Position numbers and translations under genes: made by a program. Shown piece after piece: positions 23,101 through 26,742 of a stretch of DNA of 29,940 nucleotides. This DNA is from Candidatus Kuenenia stuttgartensis (GTDB lineage: Bacteria; Planctomycetota; Planctomycetia; Pirellulales; UBA1268). How positions within the stretch are numbered: the stretch's first letter is position 1; the number at the start of each line of letters is the position of its first letter. The notes under the pieces were generated by a model, which did not search any database, had not been told where the DNA came from, and saw nothing but the letters and a program-made list of their open reading frames with translations. The stretch lies in contig CAMCPF010000001.1 of NCBI GenBank assembly GCA_945876515.1, positions 1-29,940 of the forward strand, written 5' to 3'.

Positions 23101-24960
23101 GCCTTCGGCACCGCCACCACGATCACGACCGTGGGCCGGGCCGAGTTCAACACGGCCGACGCCACCTACAACAGCCTCACGGTGCGAACCAACAGCGCGA
23201 GCGACAACGTCCTTTCGATCGCTTCCGGCCGCACGCTCACGATCAACGGCGATGTGGTGCTCACCAATGCCACCGATGGTGCCGACACCCGGTTGACCAC
23301 CGCCGGTGGCGGCTCGCTCGTGGTCAGCGGGGGCAGTTTCCGCGTGGGTGTGAACACAGGCGGAACGAACATCTCGAGCAAAGCCACGCTCGATCTTGCG
23401 GGCCTCTCGTCGCTGACGGCCACGATGACGAGCAACCTGACCGTGCAGGCCGCGGGCGACAACAATCTCAACGATCCGGCCTTCCTGATCCTGGCCGCCG
23501 GCGCCAACACGATCACCACGCCGCTCGTCGTCGTGGGCGGCAGCAGCACAGGTGCCGGCAGCGCGAGCAGCACGCCCAACACGCTCCTGCTCGGCGGCGG
23601 CACGAACGCGTTCAACACCGACACGCTCCGGTTCGGCAGCGCCCAGCGCGACTCGGGCCGCTTGGCCTTCGCCGGCGGCACGGGTTCGATGACCCTCCGG
23701 GCAGCCAACGGCACCGGCCGGACGAACATCACGATGGGCCCCGTCAACAACGAAGCCACCGCCTACACCGTGGCCAACGTCTTCGACACGACCGGCCACA
23801 CGGCCGACCTCCTGATCGGCACGCTGACGATGGCCCCGGGCACAAAGGCGGGCCCCATGACCAACACCTTCAGCTTCGACGCGGGCACGCTCGACATCGC
23901 CACGCTCGACATGGCCAAGACGAAGGGCACCGGGGCCAGCACGAACACGCTGAACATCGGCGGCGGCACCGTGCTGCTCGGCAACGCGGGCGCCGGGGCG
24001 GCGATCCTGTCCTCGGCGGCCGAGGGCATCATGAACATCACCGGCGGCACGGTGACCTCGAGCGTGCCCTTTACCCGCACGGGCTCCGGGTCGGCGGCGG
24101 TCAACCTCTCAGGCGGCACGCTCGACCTCTCGAACACCGCCTTCGGCTCGCTCGCCAACACGATCTCGCTGGCGGCCACCGCCGGCACGCTGCGAAACGT
24201 GGCAAGCATCAACGGCACCGCCGGCCTGTTGAAGACGGGCACCGGCCTGCTCCGCCTCGAGGGCACCAATGCCTGGACGGGCGGCGTCACCGTCTCGGCC
24301 GGCACGCTCGAGTCGGCCACTGCCACGGGCCTCGGCACCGGCAACGTCACAATCGCCTCGGGCTCGCTCCTCAGGCTGCTCGAGACGCCCGCGATCGGGG
24401 CCGGCAACACGGTCGCGATGTCGGTCGGCGGGGCGCTCGAGTACGCCAGCGGCGTGTCGGCCGACCTGCTCGGCTCGTCGAGCCTGGCCGGCTGGTCGAT
24501 CCTGCCGAGCACCTCGCGGGCGAGCACGGCGTCGCTCCTCTTCGGCACGGTGCCGGCGGCAGGCAGCACGCTCTCGGCGGCCTGGACGCCCGACAACGCC
24601 TTCTACTCCGACATCCTCTCGCTCTCGGGCACCGGCGCGGGCAACCCGTTCGTGCTCTCGATGGCCTACGATCCGGCGATCTCCTCCGCCCTGCTCACCG
24701 AACTCAACATCGCCCGCCGGCCCGGCACGGCGGGTGAGTTCACGCCCGTGGGCAGCTCCTTCCAGGGCGTGGGCACGCCCTGGACGAGCGTGTTCGTGAC
24801 GCCGGGCCAGTACGGTGTCGACACCGCCAGCCAGACCGTCTGGGTGGTGGGCGACGCCAACAGCCAGTTCATCGTGGTGCCCGAGCCCAAGACGCTGGCA
24901 CTCGTCGCCGTGGCCGCCGTCGCCGCGGGCCTCGCCGCCGCCCGCCGCCGCCGCGGCTGA
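5167..24960 (+). CDS. Giant (~6,597 aa) surface beta-helical protein with autotransporter-associated beta-strand repeats, 2 PA14 domains and a PEP-CTERM sorting signal
   Basis: Open frame 4960-24960. Start re-assigned to GTG 5167: GGAG at 5157-5160 with a 6-nt spacer, followed by a Sec signal (IHRARR..WWARAIGLVVACLTALGGFGPARA|ATIYW). About 25-30 L(T)KxGxGTLxLxGxNT(F/Y)xGxTxVxxGTL repeats by eye. Gly/Thr/Asn/Ala-rich. Ends in VPEP-hydrophobic helix-RRRRG. Confidence 0.93.
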   Translation: MIHRARRASWWARAIGLVVACLTALGGFGPARAATIYWNGTEATWASVTAWSTTAGAVLPTPGSVPGAADDVIFGISPLFWANQTVNLGADQSALSLSFTSGGTTLLQGGGTNRSLTLGSGGISVAGGAGVVTIGSGTAGQNVALALNGNQTWTNNSVSPTGASTLNVLNGVSRAATDTSSRTLTLDGTGFTNISGIIANGGASGTLALSKTGTGTLILSGANTFSGGVSLSAGTLRVGNNAALGTGTLTWTGGTLAGNDATTARTLTNAITLGADVTLGSILAPANLTLSGAVSLTGNRVLTVNGTGLGGQTLSGIVSGTGFGLTKRGAGALTLSGANTFTGGFTLDTGAVRIGNNAAFGTGPLTVNGGLLSSNAATTGGDRTLTNAVTLGGSVTLGDGSTGLLTFSGPVTLTGSRTLVGNVGTTLSGVVSGAGFGLTKQGAATLTLSAANTFTGATQVDAGNLTLSGTAGAIAASGGITVNRNATLALVNTSTANNTNRIGDTAPLTLAGGTLTFSNNAGAVNYAESIGGLTLGATTLSTINTNQAATGQTATLTFDSLTRSAGAVLNVTGTGLGTDARNRVVFTTAPTVTNGLAPAWITIGGADFANYVTGATASLAIPTYTTTAENTWVAANNVSLTASTTLTADRAVNSFRMAPTSGTATVTATGRTLTLGSGGLLTAGAGTSAISGGTLTVGAADVGGELVAHQFSGSVATITSVIADNGTGPVSLTKGGTGQLGLGGVNTYTGGTTITAGTIRLDAVGALGATTGGLTLGPAGTLNLNTRSATVGVLSGSGTITNTAAGSPVLTVSSGTYSGTITSTAGTLGLTKAGPGTLTLSGLNTFTGTTTLSGGTLALQSSLAGPVAPAAGTSLDIGWSQGLMGLYTVTNIPGGATAATLADLTALNTSILANSTGAAASSALRGTNFDFTASGSGFPPPYNTGANNFVTRWTGQFNAETAGTYAFFAESDDGTVIFINGQQVLFNNYDQGVGNERGGTIDLAPGWHDITFGYRQGTGGYALNASLQAPGGAKIPLPNSLLRSAPVIGSLTLDASATMSIGAGGVVVNQTTNSAASGTISGSGSLTKVGAGTLTLDGTNLYTGGTILQGGTLVLAGGNDRLPTASLLTVGGNATLDLGGNSQTSSGLITLGGGTLTNGSLTGTGGIVIAGGTLAGTATLTSTGVAYTGQSGLVTLGLAGNSGLVKNTNGTLTLRGTNSLTGGFTVNAGTLVFNTTGASGTNAITLSGGNLQFLFDGDGGAASVGGNGTGAPQILNFADPLTVTTSGTVTVGRRGDTYTPLFTTASNKTARLTDLSIGGQNLVVANNNGYGLEFSGTTTFTAAPTFTVNNATASNMIQGLALSGPVTGAFGLTKAGNGTLVLGNSANDFAGPITVAAGRLAVPSDSALGAAANGIVLSNNAGLRATGSFSTARDIRLAVGSNVIETTAGNTLTLSAPFGGASATTQVIKADNGTLVLAAANPSTWASTISNPSGSAQTLTGGLRVDAGILRIANPAALGNAMIGINAAQGAEIELANGVTFSNPVNPNMTAGNAQLGFNAGRNGLGAVSVPTGTATLAGVISANQDFALGAGPGATLNVTGGATITVSARYMNTMGPGTVNISTNPLTGVAGFFRVGSGTTNLSVNVSALAGAGVAGEGIWGRGGGGTLNVFGGGSFASGTRYVVVQGGDTVAVDNTATALSNRLGTISTSDLYLRDGTFAFTASPDAATGETFRTWQAQHGYGNLTVNTTAQNATISFANMNGNTPNGAGTVVFRSGGTGALFGTAQNTVSFTTAPTLTNSIMARSIVLDGSTADGANFATYGSGSIRAFTAYDTTNLNAVTTATNTVQIGSSVVMNTPTRTINAMKLTGGGLALSGPGSTLTLTAGQILATGGTSAIGQGATIYSAAEIGLNVADGSTLNVDGPLWSAVHLTRGLGGTVNYNARQYVIGGNWYAFNGGTTRLNGGDNTLFPGMGVPGAQQNVSVAKGATLDLNGTAQLIGMFYNSNNSADYANTSGVITSATPALFASRSSNNTNIYFGGQITGAITTLLGGTGTRWYYSDNTYTGRTAVVGGSHVLIDSGRMSGTSGIDVNYGLFYLRNSGSLDLADRVPDAAPITLRGGYVEYNGRAQTASAETLGAVTIDSGWNTFNVTAGGTGVNSADLTLTSLTRPSGSAGVVRVATANGQFGSAARLLITAEPSLTNNIIGPWAVQDREWASYVSGLGVAQLNATGFAGYDATALTAGSNPTANVRVTGNATLAGNAIVNTFATNGGGLTVDLGGNTLTLAGGGLILGGTTNSVTQTLSNGTVTAGAAGVGGDLYMYWLPYGGTARVSAISARVADNAGGAVRLILSSPEGVGTTHKSTLTGLNVHAGGTVINGGQWDLAGSAGQVILPAGGLTLNQAGVTMLTNAGQIAAANPVTLTGGASLTLVGNNTLAGLTFDNVGGTGTPTVTTGGTLTLTAGITAGGYNPATISTINGRLDFQGADRTITVTPLEYDGRAFAPFTPNLNIGAVIQNAGTLTVSGGGVLQLGGQNTFAGGVAVAANTGLFFGAGSTQNSNIPVITSGPVGTGTLSLGAGARLMTSAAQTIDNPLTIAGNLAFEGTNNLTLRGNATLPIGTGVTFGVLAPQMTATLSGGLGGGAGTSITKTGNGILSLAPGIAGYNGTLIPSSATAITGNTFAGGATASSGTLRGEVYGAQARPFGTGAVTIDGGLLQLRTAGPTFNGNNAPGGVNGTLLVGTDVTLAAGQSLGLIELTTAGSTGNTFQMGTLTMSGTQTLGVGGSNNLRVAFTGNAITGTPTFNIDANVGLILPGGFTAPATKTGLGTLFYGGTNTFASGTTLTGALLGAAPTAGTSVSPFGTGQSVTLSNGSTLPLVTLPGSLDTAGFTAGGLLASFYNLPTTSTSLNSVGTSGVAPVGTIPGVQPNDSTMTLRPITLTQGTLVQGYATYTGLLEVTNPGVYSFISGADDQLTLVIDGSPVMSANVNGGGQAVLDNAVAGSIQLAAGTHAFAYKLQNGSGGGGFRLLYSGPDTASNGTPGGFQAIPNSKLLYQTAAPGAGNGFLNAARIGNSTVVPASASVTIDGQGSDFSVAVADLTLGTGSTLNVANQFGAGWVGVSGLTTIGGAGVIVSPNTATFALAGGVADSGAGLTKAGPGTLLLGSSGSGFTGSLAVRQGVVQPLAANALPGGGTVVGSTMTGAFNRTAGGTTVNAGSTAGLYPGMFVLGTGAATAPTIASITDGTTFVLSSGTGVTAATGGTLTFVGRSSLDLAGLAVTGAGTVTIRGNGALLPGSTTVFQQTAALYNSARTASSLSSPVAIVGAAGITNQIGGYGDMTLSGAVSDNTAVAPFTNGTGFSKIGNNTLTLSADNTGLTGPITVSRGVLRLGSAGALGTTAGATTVNSPATLDLGGFSTAEPLTINGAGLTGVGMANRLGVLINSGATAATASGAVTMAGNSSIGNAAYTWSGPSLAAATVPTAGAGSITVSGAIGGAFALTKVGNSTLFLTNGNSFSGSTNVNLGTLVLTGGGRLGATTVTTVNPNGTLVFDNTTTNNDARSGSAGARGITLNAATFNLLGGATATAESLGTGNLLVNGGFGIVTLAPGAGSLSLAVGQPTAGNFGTALYRGTNLGVNTAATAGAARITYATAPGTTGQNGADGTRTKGVVPWGLVDTSATGSGTSLATFSTANGLRALAASEYDLNPATITNNNNVYFNNASLTGAANANLSPNSVTLQITSSVTLGARSILNNQSGAFLATGAGNVVGGGNGFITGPNTNAIHFHVAGGTSGLTVSSPIGYTGAANPSGWTKSGNGTLVLSAPTFLAKNVYVNYGTLQLAGANRLFSAPTPAPGANATVATYTVLSGLSVASGGTFDLAGNDQWIGPLFGTATNGGQAGGGGIVTNSSATAATFRMISPGADTVFGGSVTGNLSLIRQGGYTYSFVAPNTFSGAFTTTGGNTRLIDLGTFENASAITVRNTALTWDDTGLQAVANRLPAAAPINLSGGAFTWNSRADLLNTIDVGAVNMVRGSSVVNVNATAGGSATLSLAALGTRAEGATVTFAGNTIIGTNPFITLDAAPTLTNGMIGGWAVTSTADPTQGANAGGFVTYDPVAGIRALVGYATTASTVLPGNNVRFTGNTTLNAGTNTANSLSVANTTTVSFAAANDLLDLQSGGLLFNATNNAKALGSTAVPGRLTAGGSAATSGTRELFIHTLSNTATVNSNIVDNPAGAGVAVVVGQGNVGAGPVTVLAGNNTYSGATYVNGSTLRLNSTTGYAVPGNLVINGGATTGGTLSATQSLAQLLRSDQVAPTATVTINGAARFDLNTFTNQITNLVFNNDGGETSVESPAVLTNTGTLTLTGSISVPTPSNPVLVPLVAGNLSLGFGSRTVAVDPVAAMPYQIGLAINSGIRNGTVTKTGNGVLFLGGVSGDTAAATVSAGTLTLGNSGYLGGRLTLGSGTLLDMRGGTFTVGSLTGSGTITNDTTYANANTAGTLITGLDGTSTTFSGTFANFENNLAGTLTGMPLNLNKIGTGTLTLDSPNTATNTGTLTVQRGGVIVGGAGTLSFGTYASTVGGTLTLDNTTTAANNRLGGATLVGGTNARTLALTGGSLVVTGNAATAVTETISALSSGNGGSVITLDAADTAGVTLAATSWSGQGGQNTMLVRGTGLGGGAAGPGRALVTPGTIAYTGTQGGGAAGTTTISVRPDILADTSVTGLGMGFATNGANGLRPLDPATELLPSVTSLGLINNGSTTQNVGLTSTQSIGGDTRLNTLTLFSGGGLNNVGNAPAALTVNVAGILAFEGNTGITGRTMSSAGVTMDFHVVGPAATLALDTAIVNTTSGIVKAGDGTLSFGRRQYFTGPAGTHGLTINGGTVTLASGVTNTILVQPTATTATFLSLNGNGGTLDLNGTTQMVERLQSQGTQPGAAGGVTSASGGTLVSTTGSSTTFAGTLTGGLAFQKAGNSTLTLVAESSYTGATTVRGGGLTLRDSAALTGTASIDVNQATLTLDNTGLTGRTDRLGFAGVTLRGGTMTILGRQSTQESQTLFGLSLDGGMSTVTLTPPSGPTINGSAYDLTVFSLTPSNGATANFTAGNGTLGGIGGAPRLTVPGGTNTADIIGGWAVANGSNWATYRSGGIIGAMSDTGSGFATYGSTDLATASGATVNVNDGATRTVTTRTINSLRAAPNAANTITLGATATPATLTIASGGFLTNNNNTLNYTAANIASAIEAGNGNPLYVFVNQNTTTLGTRILGSGGLTKSGNGTLTLNPGSYTIAATASSGGTTLTVGSTAGMAVGMPVSGTGIPAGTTITSVDSGTVVTISQATTQALSATNLTFVQSNRYTGTTYANGGGVLNLSGPAGSVVIPGELVIAGNNSRVTMNTNAGQIASTANVTINGGGVLTLVGTNTLNALTFNNIGGTTQPSVATATLLNLSAATPITAVNDNTGTTPLVSGTALALTNATPTIDVSGLSPMGLVISAPITAAGGQIQKTGTGSLVLSGASTFSTGINVTAGTLIVDNNAGAGTGGLVFADGTSLMGGSAARTIANAITLDGNISLGGVAAANAITVSGAVSMGSGRRTITVEGFPSLATLSGAVGGTGGLEKAGLGLLTLSGTNTYSGGTFVNEGMLAVASDAALGSVAEANFVTLGGGTLRPTATFAPNANHRIVIGPAGGTIDGNGQGFTINAADLLTGSGPLVVQGNGTGNSMLSVSVAQSSLTSDIRIASGRIVTSGTGLTNPLGTGAISVGESTSSLYITTTNSTYSNPLRLFGNGGETRGVVRLNASGNTFSGPITLLGNASLLADGGNTTTFSGTISGNFGAFFGGQISGTTNTNANAAARYIVTGTNSHASTYIGAGTLAINADAALGAAAAPLTINTGTLQANAAGIEVAAGRTITLTTGTTGNVDTNGNDMTIAGPIAATTGSLVKVGLGSLTLGGTAGHTGATTVNQGTLVVAATPAVGSGLAFGTATTITTVGRAEFNTADATYNSLTVRTNSASDNVLSIASGRTLTINGDVVLTNATDGADTRLTTAGGGSLVVSGGSFRVGVNTGGTNISSKATLDLAGLSSLTATMTSNLTVQAAGDNNLNDPAFLILAAGANTITTPLVVVGGSSTGAGSASSTPNTLLLGGGTNAFNTDTLRFGSAQRDSGRLAFAGGTGSMTLRAANGTGRTNITMGPVNNEATAYTVANVFDTTGHTADLLIGTLTMAPGTKAGPMTNTFSFDAGTLDIATLDMAKTKGTGASTNTLNIGGGTVLLGNAGAGAAILSSAAEGIMNITGGTVTSSVPFTRTGSGSAAVNLSGGTLDLSNTAFGSLANTISLAATAGTLRNVASINGTAGLLKTGTGLLRLEGTNAWTGGVTVSAGTLESATATGLGTGNVTIASGSLLRLLETPAIGAGNTVAMSVGGALEYASGVSADLLGSSSLAGWSILPSTSRASTASLLFGTVPAAGSTLSAAWTPDNAFYSDILSLSGTGAGNPFVLSMAYDPAISSALLTELNIARRPGTAGEFTPVGSSFQGVGTPWTSVFVTPGQYGVDTASQTVWVVGDANSQFIVVPEPKTLALVAVAAVAAGLAAARRRRG
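7801..8295 (+). other. PA14 domain 1 within the giant protein
   Basis: GLMGLY...NF..FVTRWTGQFNAETAGTYAFFAESDDGTVIFINGQQV...IDLAPGWHDITFGYRQGTGG is the canonical PA14 pattern. DD at 8080-8085. Confidence 0.85.
13849..14337 (+). other. PA14 domain 2 within the giant protein
   Basis: GGLLASFY...YTGLLEVTNPGVYSFISGADDQLTLVIDG...IQLAAGTHAFAYKLQNGSGGGGFRLLYSGP...IPNSKL. DD at 14083-14088. Confidence 0.75.
24877..24957 (+). other. PEP-CTERM (exosortase) sorting signal
   Basis: VPEPKTLALVAVAAVAAGLAAARRRRG followed by the stop codon: VPEP motif, transmembrane segment and Arg cluster. Confidence 0.92.
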
Positions 24961-25058
24961 TCCCCCCCGGCCGCGCGACGACCCCGACGGTTGACCGTCC
25001 GCAAGCCGCCAATCAGCCTCCCCCAAGCGATCCCCCACACGCCCGCCGCAATCCGGCC

Positions 25059-25197
25059 GCGAGGGGTTGCCCAAGCCAATCGAGCCGGCCTTGGCAGCGA
25101 GCGCAGGCAGGATGCCGAAGCGAAGCTGGCATGGAGCGACCGGAGGGCAGGATGCCCAAAGGGAGCGTCCGGCGAGATGGCACGGGCGACCCTGAGC
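25059..25197. repeat. ~139-bp element bounded by imperfect inverted repeats (copies D on - and C on +), with internal GGCAGGATGCC duplication
   Basis: The reverse complement of 25059-25088 is CCGGCTCGATTGGCTTGGGCAACCCCTCGC, whose last 14 nt are identical to 78-91. The right arm 25163-25193 is GAGCGTCCGGCGAGATGGCACGGGCGACCCT. GGCAGGATGCC occurs at ~25106 and ~25146. Confidence 0.7.
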
Positions 25198-25387
25198 TTG
25201 CGTCACCCACGACGTGCCGCTCACGCGACTGAGGATCCCGGGCCCACGCTGTTGACGGTTGTGCCGGTCGTGGCGGCGGGACGAGGGCGGCCCACAGCAT
25301 TCGCCCGGCGGCGCCGACCGAGCCGATGACAGACGCGTGGTGGTGAGCGACGGATCGCTCGCGGCCACGGCCCGTCGGTCGTCACCC

Positions 25388-26299
25388 ATGCCCACGTCGC
25401 GGAGAGGGATCTCCCGAGCCTCGGCTCGCGCCTTGCCGGCGCCCTGCGCGAGCCTGCGCCCGCTGCTGGTCGCCCTCGCCGGCGCAGTCGTGGCAGCACT
25501 GCCTGTGGTCGCCCTCGCGCAGGAGCCGCGGGCCTGGGCCGGAGCTACGGAGCCGGCCCGCGAACCGCTCCGGATCGCGGCGGCACCGCCGGCGACCGAC
25601 TCTGATGCCAACGTCGCGGCCGGCGCGCCCGCCAGCCTGATCCCCACCGGCAACCTCCTGACCACGCTCCACAGCGGCGGCTGGCTGATGGTGCCGCTGG
25701 TGGGCTGCTCGTTCGCGCTGGCCGTGTTCGGGATCGAGCGGGCCGTGAACCTGCGCACCGGCAGCGTGGTGCCCAAGCTGTTCGTCGAGCGCTTCGTCGC
25801 CCAGCTCCAGGCCCGGGCGCTCTCCCGCCAGGCGGCCCTCGAGGCCTGCGACGAGAACGGCAGCCCGGCAGCCCGGGTGTTCGCCGCCGCACTCCGCCGC
25901 TGGGGCCGGCCGGCCGTCGAGATCGAGCAGGCCGCGATCGACGCCTGCGAGCGGGAGCTCAACCACCTCCGCCGCTACCGCCGCGTGTTCAACGGCGTGG
26001 CCACGATCAGCCCGCTGCTCGGACTCCTGGGCACGGTCTTCGGCCTGATCCGCTCGTTCAACGACGTCGCGGCCGCCGGCGCGATGGGCCGGCCCGACCT
26101 GCTGGCCGGCGGCTTCGGCGAGGCCCTGATCACGACCGCCATGGGCCTGCTCGTGGCGATCCCGGCGATGGTGCTCCACTCGTATTTCACCAGCCGCGTT
26201 GATCGGCTCGCGATGCGGCTCGACGAATCCTGCCAGCAGGTGATCGACGAGATCTCGCAGGAAGCGTTGGCCGAGCCGAAGCGGCGAATGGCGGGGTGA
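25388..26299 (+). CDS. MotA/TolQ/ExbB proton-channel family protein with N-terminal signal-like extension
   Basis: Motifs SGGWLMVPL..FALAVFGIER, ATISPLLGLLGTVFGLIRSF and GGFGEALITTAMGLLVAIPA. The start is uncertain: ATG 25388 was chosen, the raw ORF begins at 25259. Confidence 0.9.
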   Translation: MPTSRRGISRASARALPAPCASLRPLLVALAGAVVAALPVVALAQEPRAWAGATEPAREPLRIAAAPPATDSDANVAAGAPASLIPTGNLLTTLHSGGWLMVPLVGCSFALAVFGIERAVNLRTGSVVPKLFVERFVAQLQARALSRQAALEACDENGSPAARVFAAALRRWGRPAVEIEQAAIDACERELNHLRRYRRVFNGVATISPLLGLLGTVFGLIRSFNDVAAAGAMGRPDLLAGGFGEALITTAMGLLVAIPAMVLHSYFTSRVDRLAMRLDESCQQVIDEISQEALAEPKRRMAG

Positions 26300-26303
26300 G
26301 GCC

Positions 26304-26726
26304 TTGCCGCTCGTGCGACTGACCACCGAGGAAGATCCAGCGCCCAACCTGGCGCCGATGATCGACGTGATCCTCGTACTCACGATCTTCTTTATGTGCG
26401 CCACGAAGTTCTCAGGCGACGAGCGGCAGTTCGAGCTCGACCTGCCCGAGGTCGGGGGCGCACCGGTGGTGGAGGCCGCCCGGCCCGAGATCGTCGAGGT
26501 GGGGGCCGACGGGGCCCTGCGGCTCGGGCCCGACGACGTGTCGATCGAGGAGCTCGGCGCGCGGCTCACCGCCGCTCGCGGCGTGCAGCCCGACGTGGCG
26601 GTGATGATCCGCGGCGAGCGGGCCGTGCCCCACGGGCGGATGGCGGAGATCTACGAGGCCTGCCGCGCGGCGGGCGTGCGGCACGTGGCCATCTCCGTCC
26701 GCACCCGCGCCGAAGGCGTGCGCTAG
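26304..26726 (+). CDS. ExbD/TolR family protein
   Basis: PNLAPMIDVILVLTIFFM transmembrane segment with the conserved Asp, and C-terminal VMIRGERAVPHGRM..CRAAGV. TTG start 4 nt after the exbB-like stop. Confidence 0.9.
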   Translation: MPLVRLTTEEDPAPNLAPMIDVILVLTIFFMCATKFSGDERQFELDLPEVGGAPVVEAARPEIVEVGADGALRLGPDDVSIEELGARLTAARGVQPDVAVMIRGERAVPHGRMAEIYEACRAAGVRHVAISVRTRAEGVR

Positions 26727-26742
26727 CCACGGGGAGCCGACG

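Noticed and set aside
57-25193. CRISPR array from the ~35-bp repeats
   Set aside because: The copies are kilobases apart, not regularly interspaced, and no cas genes are present.
5122-25962. Many long antisense and alternative-frame ORFs over the giant gene (e.g. 5122-9240, 14989-17823, 20410-22200, 24109-25962)
   Set aside because: These follow from the biased codon usage of a Gly/Thr/Ala-rich GC-rich gene, which depletes stops in other frames. The translations are low-complexity R/G/A/E or V/P/S strings.
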